Part shown: one piece after another, positions 8,350 to 16,922 of the stretch | Layout of the letters: every line of letters begins with the position of its first letter | How positions within the stretch are numbered: position 1 is the stretch's first letter | IMG/VR virus record: IMGVR_UViG_3300033153_005229 | Location: 1 to 63,343 of that record | Source: a virus | Lineage: Duplodnaviria; Caudoviricetes | Length of the DNA stretch: 63,343 nucleotides | Strand: one strand, 5' to 3' | Notes under the pieces: model-generated | Database searches by the model: none | What the model saw: the letters and a program-made list of their open reading frames with translations, nothing else | What the model was told of the DNA's origin: nothing | Translations under genes and position numbers: made by a program

Positions 8350-8811
8350 ATGTCCAAGAAAGAAATCAACCTCAGCGAGAAGGCCAACTCAAAAAAGGCC
8401 AAGAAGAATCCCAAATCAAAAAAGGCTACTGAAGTGGTCGGAACAAAGGAAGTCGCCAAACACCTCGAGATCAGCCCATTCAGTCTTCGGCAGATTCTCC
8501 GGTCAGAAGGTTTCTTCCCAGATGGAGGATACACCAGGTACGGCTTCAAATCCCTTAAAGACCCAATCGTTAAGAAGCTTGAAGGGATAGTCGAGAAAAG
8601 GAAAACAACCAAGGCCAAATCCAAAAAGAAAATTAGGAAAACAACCAAGGCCAAATCCAAAAAGAAAATTAGGAAAACAACCAAGGCCAAATCCAAAAAG
8701 AAAATTAGGAAAACAACCAAGGCCAAATCCAAAAAGAAAACCAAAAAGGACAGGGCCAAGGATAAGGTAAAATGGGCAGTTAAAACAGCCACCCACCGAC
8801 CGGTTAGGTAA
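8350..8811 (+). CDS. HTH DNA-binding protein with histone H1-like Lys-rich repeat tail
   Basis: VGTKEVAKHLEISPFSLRQILRS HTH; about 4 copies of KTTKAKSKKKIR; SD AGGAGG; own promoter and terminator. Confidence 0.75.
   Translation: MSKKEINLSEKANSKKAKKNPKSKKATEVVGTKEVAKHLEISPFSLRQILRSEGFFPDGGYTRYGFKSLKDPIVKKLEGIVEKRKTTKAKSKKKIRKTTKAKSKKKIRKTTKAKSKKKIRKTTKAKSKKKTKKDRAKDKVKWAVKTATHRPVR
8599..8740 (+). repeat. Perfect 36-bp tandem repeat, about 3.9 copies (coding)
   Basis: AGGAAAACAACCAAGGCCAAATCCAAAAAGAAAATT at 8599, 8635, 8671 and partially at 8707. Confidence 0.95.
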
Positions 8812-8822
8812 ACCAGTCACAT

Positions 8823-8856
8823 TAATAGGGCCGGAAATTCCGGCCCTATTATTTTT
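8823..8856. terminator. Terminator between convergent genes, probably bidirectional
   Basis: TAATAGGGCCGGAA-A-TTCCGGCCCTATTA 14-bp inverted repeat, followed by TTTTT on the + strand. Confidence 0.85.
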
Positions 8857-8859
8857 GTG

Positions 8860-9402
8860 TTATAATGAAGGATTGACAACGTATTGTGTAGATACAGGGA
8901 TATATTCCCTAACCTTATCGAGTATGGTAGTAAGTTCCTTTCTGGATATCTCAACTGAATCCAGAATCGCTTTTCTCTTTATTATCTCAGGACCTTCCAC
9001 CTCCAGCATCCGGTCAAGGATATATCGTTCATCCTTATCCAGCATAGACCTGAGATGACCGAGAGCTAAGCTTACGTATATTTCATATACCTGATTTGGG
9101 TCGGCTGTATGGAAGGCTTCAGTTAGATCGACTACAATCCCTGTATTTTTCTTGAAGTGAGATTTCCTTATAAATCCATTATATAAATTTGATAAGCTCG
9201 TGTAACAAGCTTTTATTATATCGGAAGTCCTTCGGTCGGCATATTTCCTAAAGGTATTAATTACCTTCATTCTACCTTCCTGAGCAAGGTCCTCTCGGTC
9301 CATACCCAAAGACTTCACAAATGTTTTACTAGAAAGGTTTACGATTAATTTCTCTAAACTTCCTAACACGAGCATCATCCTAATATCTGTGTTTCCCCCC
9401 AT
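8860..9402 (-). CDS. Sigma-factor-like protein (ECF-size, regions 2 and 4)
   Basis: MDREDLAQEGRMKVINTFRKY (region 2.2-like), SLSNLYNGFIRK (2.4-like), MLDKDERYIL (4.1-like). Confidence 0.6.
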   Translation of the reverse strand: MGGNTDIRMMLVLGSLEKLIVNLSSKTFVKSLGMDREDLAQEGRMKVINTFRKYADRRTSDIIKACYTSLSNLYNGFIRKSHFKKNTGIVVDLTEAFHTADPNQVYEIYVSLALGHLRSMLDKDERYILDRMLEVEGPEIIKRKAILDSVEISRKELTTILDKVREYIPVSTQYVVNPSL

Positions 9403-9406
9403 CGGG

Positions 9407-9808
9407 CTATCCTCCTATAGCGTATCTTACTTTAAACTTTCCGACCCAGCTTCTAATTGAAGATATGTTCGGATTACCTCCAGATTCTTTTAATGAATCA
9501 AATATTTGAGTTGGACTGAGACCCTCCTTCCATAACTTGTAACAGGAATACTTCTTTGTCCCTTTTCTTATCCCTGTAACCATATCTTTTCTCTTTATTG
9601 ACTTATTTCTAGGTTCCTGACGGAACTCAATAACCGGAATCTTACCACTATCAATTTCACGTAGTTCCCTTGGAGTTGATACAATCTCATTACAACATTT
9701 ACTCAACCCTCTTTTCTCAACTACATTTAAGCATTTACAACATATCAACTCATCATCAGGTATTCCAAATAGCCTTTCAATTTTTAGTTTTATTTCTCTT
9801 CTTTTCAT
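9407..9808 (-). CDS. Putative Zn-binding/HTH DNA-binding protein
   Basis: CCKC...KCC cluster; C-terminal LWKEGLSPTQIF...SSIRSWVGKF HTH-like segment; SD AGGAGG. Confidence 0.5.
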   Translation of the reverse strand: MKRREIKLKIERLFGIPDDELICCKCLNVVEKRGLSKCCNEIVSTPRELREIDSGKIPVIEFRQEPRNKSIKRKDMVTGIRKGTKKYSCYKLWKEGLSPTQIFDSLKESGGNPNISSIRSWVGKFKVRYAIGG

Positions 9809-9840
9809 CTTTTATATCCTCCTGTTAAATTACAGAGATA

Positions 9841-9869
9841 AATATATAAAATAGATTAAACGTTGTAAA
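9841..9869 (-). promoter_or_regulatory. Sigma70-like promoter TTTACA-17-TATATT
   Basis: Intergenic, AT-rich upstream, precedes the gene starting at 9808. Confidence 0.65.
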
Positions 9870-9886
9870 TAAAAAAATAAACTTTT

Positions 9887-10432
9887 TTATATTTTTCCAA
9901 TGGTAGTAATAACTTCCCAAAAATAAAATAACGATGGTTCTCGTTCACACCAAAACCTTATATTATCAATCTGATTCTCCAATCTTCTACGAGTAACCTT
10001 AAAAGAACCTTTTCTAACTATCTTTGATCGGCTCCATCTTCTAAATAAATACTCTGCTATTTCTCCACCTTCTCTATCAGTCTTTTCTACTATCATTTTA
10101 ATATCATCAGCGAAATTAGCGTGTCGGTGGTATACTATATAAGCCTTGAGAGCGCTAGAGAGCCGTCTAATACGCTTCGCTGCTGTCTTCGTACTACCAA
10201 TGGATATATTCTTTTTAAGCGTCTTATACGACGCATTCTGGAAGAATCTAAAAAAGAGGAGATTCACCTCATCCTCAGTAAGAAAATCAACTGCCTTATT
10301 ACAAGCTTCCTTTAGTTCTGATATAGATTCATCTTTATCCGATTTAACTAAACGATTAGCTATATTTTCAAGGGGGATAAAATCTTGAACCCTATCATAT
10401 ACGTCATCTTTGGACGAACTCGACATAATCAA
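9887..10432 (-). CDS. Sigma region-4-like HTH transcription regulator
   Basis: AVDFLTEDEVNLLFFRFFQNASYKTL...TAAKRIRRLSSALKAY resembles sigma70 r4; no region 2 recognisable. Confidence 0.5.
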   Translation of the reverse strand: MIMSSSSKDDVYDRVQDFIPLENIANRLVKSDKDESISELKEACNKAVDFLTEDEVNLLFFRFFQNASYKTLKKNISIGSTKTAAKRIRRLSSALKAYIVYHRHANFADDIKMIVEKTDREGGEIAEYLFRRWSRSKIVRKGSFKVTRRRLENQIDNIRFWCEREPSLFYFWEVITTIGKI

Positions 10433-10928
10433 CCCCTAAATCACAAACTATTGGCCTATTAAATATATATAGTTCAACCATTATAACTCCAGCTTTTCTC
10501 ACTCCAACCACCTCACCAGAAAGACCACTAAATCCACCGTCCTTTACGACTACCTCCCAACCAATAAATCTTTTAATATATTCCTCATCGTTCCTCACCT
10601 GATGGAAAGAATTCATTAAGCCTCTTTCCATTAACTTTATAAACTCAATTTGATAGTGCCGAACCGTTCTAGCTTCACCGGATATCATCAAAACCCTAAC
10701 AGGCATATATTCTTTAAGTATCGCATCAGTAAGTATCTCGCGGTCATATCTGAAAAACATATAATTAAACATCATTGGGATTTCTTTTATATTAATCACT
10801 CCATTATGAGACGACTTAGCCTGAACCATCGGACAGTAAATCTCGATGTCGAATTCCTCTTCCTCAATCACCTTCTTTATATCATCCAGTGATTTTGGGG
10901 GAAACATTATAACATACCAGTGTTTCAT
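10404..10928 (-). CDS. NusG/RfaH-family transcription elongation (antitermination) factor
   Basis: NGN domain KHWYVI...PMMFNYMFF; KOW domain VVVKDGGFSGLSGEV...IMVELYIFNRPIVCDLGVDYVE. Confidence 0.88.
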   Translation of the reverse strand: MKHWYVIMFPPKSLDDIKKVIEEEEFDIEIYCPMVQAKSSHNGVINIKEIPMMFNYMFFRYDREILTDAILKEYMPVRVLMISGEARTVRHYQIEFIKLMERGLMNSFHQVRNDEEYIKRFIGWEVVVKDGGFSGLSGEVVGVRKAGVIMVELYIFNRPIVCDLGVDYVEFVQR

Positions 10929-11470
10929 TTGTTATAATATTTATAGTAAGCTTTAACATCTTTAAAATGAGTTTTTGCTTCTAGTCGTCTCAACTCATCG
11001 GAACGAATAAGAACCATATCGGCTTGGTGAACGATATTAATGTGAATATGGTCAGTTGTCCTCACTCCATCTTCATCATATATCCAATTAAACAGTAGTC
11101 TCTCCATTCCAACTAACCAGAGCCCCCTTTCCATTCCATTATATCTAAAAAATAACAAAGGGACCTTGTTAACTTCTTTTGCATCTGAAGTAACTTGGTC
11201 CCAGAAATCAACAATAAGATTTTTTACATTACCAGTAAGAAAGTCTAAAATTTCAATTTTATTCTTCTTCCTTACTTTCACCTCAACAACATAGGGAAAT
11301 TTCTTAATTTTCTTTTCAGGTGGTACAATGTCACCCTTTATCCGATTATCATCTTTCCACTGAAGGCCACCTGAGGACGGAGTCCGATGAAAATCCCACC
11401 TCGTCCAGTCTTTGAAGAAATTAACAACACCTCGTTCACCTCTATTTCCCTTCTTCTTTGAGTTTACCAT
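10925..11470 (-). CDS. Holliday junction resolvase, PD-(D/E)xK (Hjc-like)
   Basis: MVNSKKKGNRGER...RTPSSGG...GDI...VEVK. Confidence 0.85.
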   Translation of the reverse strand: MVNSKKKGNRGERGVVNFFKDWTRWDFHRTPSSGGLQWKDDNRIKGDIVPPEKKIKKFPYVVEVKVRKKNKIEILDFLTGNVKNLIVDFWDQVTSDAKEVNKVPLLFFRYNGMERGLWLVGMERLLFNWIYDEDGVRTTDHIHINIVHQADMVLIRSDELRRLEAKTHFKDVKAYYKYYNK

Positions 11471-13349
11471 ATTCAACCACCCTTGATAATCCTTTATCAT
11501 TCTCTATTATTATCCTATCGTTGAAGTAATCCTTCAATCCTTGCTGATGGGTTATCAGAAACACGGAATCTTTCTCCTTTGATAATTCTAATACTAACTC
11601 AACCACCCTATCCGCTCCGGATAAGTCAAGTGATTCAAATGCCTCGTCCAATATTAATAAACGAGTCGGCTTGGAGCCCCTAGAGGCCACTAGGTCGCGT
11701 AAAGCAAGGGCAACACATATATCCACTCGTCGCTTTTCCCCACCAGATATAAGGCCATAAGACTGACCCCCTTTTTCTTTCCGACATTTAAGTAATACCT
11801 TCTCTACGGTATCACCTTTCTTTAGTTTAATGTTTATTGTACCACCTGTAAGAATGCTGCTGTAATAATTTGCCTTATCATTTATAAACGGAATTACTGA
11901 ATTAACAACAAGTGATTTTATACCTCGATTTGAGAATCCCTCTTTCCAGAATTCGTAGTATTCTATTTCAAGTTCCACCTCATCCATCTTCTCTTGAATA
12001 CCTGTATGTTCTAATTCCAATAATCTTACCTGAGTATTCATATCATTAAGATGTGATATCTTATATTCATCCCTTTTAGAATAATATCTAACTGATTCAA
12101 ACACCAAATCCAGTTTCTCGTAAAGTGAACATATCTTTATCAACGTCTTTTCGGACCGAGAGAGATTTTTCCGGGCTGAAGATAGGTCATTTAAGAGACT
12201 AATTTTCTTAGCTCGAGTTATATCTAAGGCAGCATCCTTTTCAACTAACCTATTTCTCTTCCTCTCTAATATCTTTATCTTCCTATCCATCTTTTTAAGT
12301 TCTTTGTGGACAGAAGCCATATATCTCTTAGCCGCTTTCTTCGTTATAACCTGACCACAAGTATCACATTCATATCCAACGGATAGTTCGTCATGGTGTT
12401 TTCTTACTCCATACTCCTCAACTAAGTTACTAATCTCTAGACCTAACCTTTCAATATCACCTTTATATTCTGGGATATCACCTATATCATCAAGTTGTTT
12501 TGAGATTCGTTTTATATCCCCATCTGGATTAAAAGGAAGAACCTCCGATTCTAATTTATTTATCTTAATCTGGATATCAGTAATTTGGTCCAAGGTAGTA
12601 TAGACAGAGCCAAGATTATCCTGGGTCCTTATATCCTGAACGCGTAACTCATTCCTTATTGATTTCTTTAAATCAGATTTCTTAGAGTAAAGTAATAACT
12701 CCCTATCTCGTAAATATATTCTCTTCTTTTCAAGTTCTTTTAATATATCAGACACCTTTTTATATCCGGTTGTAAGGTAATCAAAATTAAGGACGCCTTC
12801 GAGGATGTCCTTAATTTCCCTATCAGATGAAGTTGATATTCTCTTTATTGAACCTTGCCCAAATATTATAGAATTTATAAAGGTCTTATAATCAAGGCCA
12901 AGGAGGGACTCAATGAAGCGTCCGGTCTGCTTACAGGAGGACAGAGTCAGATTTCTCCACTTCGTCCCTCCATTACCGGCCTCGCTCTGAAGCTGGGAGG
13001 AATCAGAGTATTTCTTTATAAAAACCTTATTCTTATATTTTTTATGCTTCCTATATCTCTTTATCCGATATCTCTCGTTATTGATGGTTACATCTACATA
13101 TCCATAGCAATTCTTACCAATTGACTCATTTATAATATCATCCTTAGAGTTAGACTCCTTAAGAGTTTTACCAAATAGAATCCAGGGGAGGGCCTCGGAG
13201 AAAAGGTTAGACTTACCAGCCCCATTACTATCAAATGAAGTTGAATCACTTACTATACCCTCAACCAAGGTACAACCTGGAATGCTCAAATCAATCTCCG
13301 CTTTTCGGAAGGACATAAAGTTCTGTATTTTCAACTTTCCAAATTTCAC
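11442..13349 (-). CDS. sbcC: SbcC/Rad50/gp46-like recombination ATPase
   Basis: Walker A SNGAGKS, Zn-hook CDTCG, signature SGGEKRR, Walker B ILDEAFESLD, ITH. Confidence 0.93.
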   Translation of the reverse strand: MKFGKLKIQNFMSFRKAEIDLSIPGCTLVEGIVSDSTSFDSNGAGKSNLFSEALPWILFGKTLKESNSKDDIINESIGKNCYGYVDVTINNERYRIKRYRKHKKYKNKVFIKKYSDSSQLQSEAGNGGTKWRNLTLSSCKQTGRFIESLLGLDYKTFINSIIFGQGSIKRISTSSDREIKDILEGVLNFDYLTTGYKKVSDILKELEKKRIYLRDRELLLYSKKSDLKKSIRNELRVQDIRTQDNLGSVYTTLDQITDIQIKINKLESEVLPFNPDGDIKRISKQLDDIGDIPEYKGDIERLGLEISNLVEEYGVRKHHDELSVGYECDTCGQVITKKAAKRYMASVHKELKKMDRKIKILERKRNRLVEKDAALDITRAKKISLLNDLSSARKNLSRSEKTLIKICSLYEKLDLVFESVRYYSKRDEYKISHLNDMNTQVRLLELEHTGIQEKMDEVELEIEYYEFWKEGFSNRGIKSLVVNSVIPFINDKANYYSSILTGGTINIKLKKGDTVEKVLLKCRKEKGGQSYGLISGGEKRRVDICVALALRDLVASRGSKPTRLLILDEAFESLDLSGADRVVELVLELSKEKDSVFLITHQQGLKDYFNDRIIIENDKGLSRVVEYGKLKEEGK

Positions 13350-14359
13350 CTTATCAAATCCAATCCAGTATCTATAAGCTTGGATAAATCAAAACCTATA
13401 CTAGCCTTGGCATACTTAACAATTACCTCTTCCTTCGATAGGCCAACTTCCATTTTTTTATAATCTATCTTTTCTTCACCTTTCCCCTCTACTACAAACT
13501 CCACCCGGTCTCCATAGTTACCATCAGGTATATCATTTACTGTTACACGGAAATAGTTATATTCATCTCCAATTCTTTTGTATTCTTCAAAGCTATCACA
13601 TATAATAAACTCAGGATACTTACCTTTCAGAGAATGGAATTTCGCCTTATCATTTATAGAATTATATGTATATACTCCACAGTGATTACCTCGTTCACCA
13701 AAATGAAGTTGTAGAGGTGGACCTGGAATATACAATCTATTCAGTTTTTGGTGCTTGTGGATATGACCACACCATACCTTATCAAACATATTCCCATACC
13801 TATGATTATCAAAGTCTATACCCTCTTCAAATATATATCCCATTGGGCTACTAGAGCCAAATGGTGTTGAATGGGTGAATAACATAATCTGTTGGCTCGG
13901 TAATATCTTCTTCAGTCCGAAATCTTCAAGTGATTTTATCTGATTGTCTGGAGTATCCCAGGGAAGGAAGAATAAGGTCATATCTTCAATATGGACCCTA
14001 TTGGGATTTACAAACACTTCAAATCCAAAATCACCAAGGAAATCAAGTGAACAAACATTACCCCCATCATCATAGTAGTCATGATTACCAGCTACTGCAA
14101 ATTTATACTCTACACTTTCGAGATACTCGCTGCATGATATCAGACATTCCCTTGAAGTATTAAAAGTATCAACGTCAATTAAACGACGGCTATGGAACCA
14201 ATCACCACCAAATATAATACAACCACATTCCTCTTTTTCGAATATATCCATTATATCCATAAATATCTTGCACGTATCTTCCAATCTTCTTCTTCCATCA
14301 GCACCCGAAAATGGTTTGTGCTTGTGGAAGTGTATATCTGTAAAATATCCTATTTTCAT
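13346..14359 (-). CDS. sbcD: SbcD/Mre11/gp47-like metallophosphoesterase nuclease
   Basis: TDIH, GGDWFH, GNHD, GHIH; start moved to MKIGYF at 14359. Confidence 0.92.
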   Translation of the reverse strand: MKIGYFTDIHFHKHKPFSGADGRRRLEDTCKIFMDIMDIFEKEECGCIIFGGDWFHSRRLIDVDTFNTSRECLISCSEYLESVEYKFAVAGNHDYYDDGGNVCSLDFLGDFGFEVFVNPNRVHIEDMTLFFLPWDTPDNQIKSLEDFGLKKILPSQQIMLFTHSTPFGSSSPMGYIFEEGIDFDNHRYGNMFDKVWCGHIHKHQKLNRLYIPGPPLQLHFGERGNHCGVYTYNSINDKAKFHSLKGKYPEFIICDSFEEYKRIGDEYNYFRVTVNDIPDGNYGDRVEFVVEGKGEEKIDYKKMEVGLSKEEVIVKYAKASIGFDLSKLIDTGLDLIR

Positions 14360-14381
14360 ATCGTATATATAAAATGCTACC

Positions 14382-15152
14382 TTAAAAAATATTAAGGGTA
14401 TCAACCGGAATGGATTTCATCTTATTTACCCCAGTTACAATTCTCTTTATCCTTTCGGCTTGGGCAAACTTCCTTGGTACATCATCAATATACCGAGAAA
14501 GATTCCTCTCAACATCACCTAAATATCCAATCTTTTCTTTACCTGTTACCGACAGACCTATCTCCTCGAAATCAAATACCTTAATCAAAGCCGGAGCCAT
14601 CACAGCACTCTGATATAGTACATTTGATATCAACTCAATATGGACTAACCTAGTTCGAAATTCACTATGTCCCTTAAATATAAAATCTATAATCTTAGTA
14701 AATAGAATATAATCAACAGCCATCCGTCGACTCACTTCGGCTACTCTTGTATAGAATGTAAAACTCCATGGATGTTTTTTAAAGGCACGAATAACAAACC
14801 CGAGTAAACAAGAACCTGTGGATAAGAAAGAGGGAGTAAATGTATAGGGAAGAACTATTGCATCCATTCCTTTATCAACTCTCTTCCAGAGTGTATCTCT
14901 AAGCCAGATAAGTTGTTCCTTATTGATATATTTTTTTATCAGGTCTGTCCACTTCTTATTAGTATACCCAAGCTGGCTCCCTATATCAATACTAACTTCA
15001 GGCTTAAATATGGTTATAGAATTATCAAAAGAAAAAGCTCTAGAACCAGATTTACTTTCAACAATGTCACTATGTGAGTCTGGGTTAAGGAACAATAGAT
15101 TTATACCTTTCCAGGCTTCATCAAAGTTATTCCATACTATATTGTTTAACAT
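14382..15152 (-). CDS. Divergent second thymidylate-synthase-fold protein
   Basis: FDEAWKGIN...LGYTNKKWTDLIKKYI...GSCLL...FYTRVAEVSRRMAVDY; the Cys and R-x2-E-x7-D spacing parallels the TS active-site motifs. Confidence 0.55.
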   Translation of the reverse strand: MLNNIVWNNFDEAWKGINLLFLNPDSHSDIVESKSGSRAFSFDNSITIFKPEVSIDIGSQLGYTNKKWTDLIKKYINKEQLIWLRDTLWKRVDKGMDAIVLPYTFTPSFLSTGSCLLGFVIRAFKKHPWSFTFYTRVAEVSRRMAVDYILFTKIIDFIFKGHSEFRTRLVHIELISNVLYQSAVMAPALIKVFDFEEIGLSVTGKEKIGYLGDVERNLSRYIDDVPRKFAQAERIKRIVTGVNKMKSIPVDTLNIF

Positions 15153-15165
15153 ATTTTCCCCAGAA

Positions 15166-15870
15166 TTAGTATTTTGTGTCTTGGCGGAACTCATTTACTT
15201 TACTCTTCTTAAAATAGATGTCATATATCTTATCTCCCATAAAGTTCATGGAAGCACACAGTATAAAGAAGTAATAGTAAACTAACTGAAGAATGTGGCA
15301 GAACTTAACCTCGTCGGTTTCCACTTCGGATTGTTTCCATCTTTTATTTTTAAGAGTGTTACCAAGAAGGCCAAGCTGGTAGATTATCGGAAATGATAAA
15401 TCAGCAAAGAAGGAGTAAGGCGTATCACCTATATGGGTATTTCTCTTCTCCACTCTATACAGATGAGCAAGAATAATGTCGAGTGGGTCTCCATCTTTAC
15501 CTGAAACATATTCTTTCTCTATTAATCTTAAATCTTTCATCATACTGTATATAATCTCTTCATCATATCCGGCCAGTATCGTAAGCTCCAAAAGAAAGTG
15601 GAAAGCATCCGATATCTCCTCTTCAAAAAGAATCTTATCAGAGTCATTTCCCTTTATAAGGTATTCGGCTGCTTCCATCAACTCCTCCACAATCCTCCAA
15701 CAGAAGTCCTTCAACCAAGCCTGAGCATCCTTTTCCTGTATTCCCATTGGAATAGAAGGCATCCCTTCGATTTCTTTATATTTGTGAACTAGGTTCTTCT
15801 GTATACCAAACATAGTTTCAAGTTTGTTACTCGTTTTTGGTTTAACTTCAGTTACGTTCCTTGAATCCAT
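15166..15870 (-). CDS. All-alpha (dimeric dUTPase/MazG-like) dNTP pyrophosphatase
   Basis: WRIVEELMEA...EEEISDAFHFLLEL; KNKRWKQ; IYFKKSKVNEFRQDTKY. Confidence 0.82.
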   Translation of the reverse strand: MDSRNVTEVKPKTSNKLETMFGIQKNLVHKYKEIEGMPSIPMGIQEKDAQAWLKDFCWRIVEELMEAAEYLIKGNDSDKILFEEEISDAFHFLLELTILAGYDEEIIYSMMKDLRLIEKEYVSGKDGDPLDIILAHLYRVEKRNTHIGDTPYSFFADLSFPIIYQLGLLGNTLKNKRWKQSEVETDEVKFCHILQLVYYYFFILCASMNFMGDKIYDIYFKKSKVNEFRQDTKY

Positions 15871-16504
15871 GAATTACCTCCTCGTATTCCCAAAATATTA
15901 ATCTTTCATTTTTTATCCCTACGGGCATACTAAATATACTAAACTCAAGTACAAAATTAGACAATGGTACAAACCTAGCCTGGTCTATAACATCAACCAA
16001 GCAAGTATCAATTTTAGTCATCCAATCATAGCGGTCAAACCTAGACCAGAGTTGCACCTCAGGACTTATTCTTGAATATGTTATATCACGTGGACCTTTC
16101 TCACATCTAGTTGAAGCCTCTAAAATGATAGTATCTCCATGAAGTACCATTACTAATCCGTCCCATAACTTACTATCACCACTTAAGGGCAACCCAGGCG
16201 AGACCATAAGCGGAAGATTTTCCATCAGATATTCCTCATTCTCCAATATCCATTTCCCATTACGATTTGGTTCAAAGAATTCACCTTTTATGGTCTCGCC
16301 TGGAATACACCTAAAAGAAAGTTGACAAGTGTCCCATAACTCAAACAAAATGTCAAGTAGCATCACCAACCCTAACCGTGTTGTCTTCTCCAGCTTTACA
16401 TAAGATGGGGCATTAATGCCCCATCTTATTAAATCACGGCAACGGTCAAACTTATCCTTTCCAAATTGCTTTCCCACTGTCAGTAACCTTAACCTTTCCA
16501 TCAT
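15848..16504 (-). CDS. Hypothetical protein in the nucleotide-metabolism cluster
   Basis: Long ORF overlapping its neighbours; C-terminal VLEFS...VG...IFWEY; start uncertain. Confidence 0.55.
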   Translation of the reverse strand: MMERLRLLTVGKQFGKDKFDRCRDLIRWGINAPSYVKLEKTTRLGLVMLLDILFELWDTCQLSFRCIPGETIKGEFFEPNRNGKWILENEEYLMENLPLMVSPGLPLSGDSKLWDGLVMVLHGDTIILEASTRCEKGPRDITYSRISPEVQLWSRFDRYDWMTKIDTCLVDVIDQARFVPLSNFVLEFSIFSMPVGIKNERLIFWEYEEVIHGFKERN

Positions 16505-16883
16505 CCGCCGCCTGTTTAAGTGTGTTGTTTACACGCATCCGGGAAGACTTTCCTTCCTCATAATCAAATTTGGAGTCAGTCTTCTCAATGATGGTATCAA
16601 CCTTTACACCCTTGGCACCAGCGTCCTTTACAAGTTTCAAAATATAACCTTTACGAGTGAGAACAGCCTTCTTGACCTCTTTCTCCTTCGTTTTCTCCTT
16701 ACCGGTAGTTTTCTTCTTACCGGTGGCCTTCTTGACAGATTTTTTGCCATTAACCTTCTTCTTCTTCTTCAATCCCATGTTATCTCCTTTCGATAGGGAT
16801 TCGAGTTTCTTGCAGTTAGACTTGTCACAGCAAATTCTACAATATTTAGAATCATTGTCATAATTACCATAACAGTCTTCCAC
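16452..16883 (-). CDS. Lys-rich winged-helix DNA-binding protein (second in-frame start at 16778)
   Basis: Cys-rich leader, poly-Lys segment, then YILKLVKDAGAKGVKVDTII...RVNNTLKQAADDGKV wHTH-like domain; SDs before both GTG 16883 and ATG 16778. Confidence 0.55.
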   Translation of the reverse strand: MEDCYGNYDNDSKYCRICCDKSNCKKLESLSKGDNMGLKKKKKVNGKKSVKKATGKKKTTGKEKTKEKEVKKAVLTRKGYILKLVKDAGAKGVKVDTIIEKTDSKFDYEEGKSSRMRVNNTLKQAADDGKVKVTDSGKAIWKG

Positions 16884-16922
16884 GTTATTACCTCCAAATA
16901 GATTAAATGCTATTACTATATA

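Noticed and set aside
8599-8740. 36-bp direct repeats as a CRISPR array
   Set aside because: The units are contiguous with no spacers, lie in frame inside a gene, and no cas genes are present.
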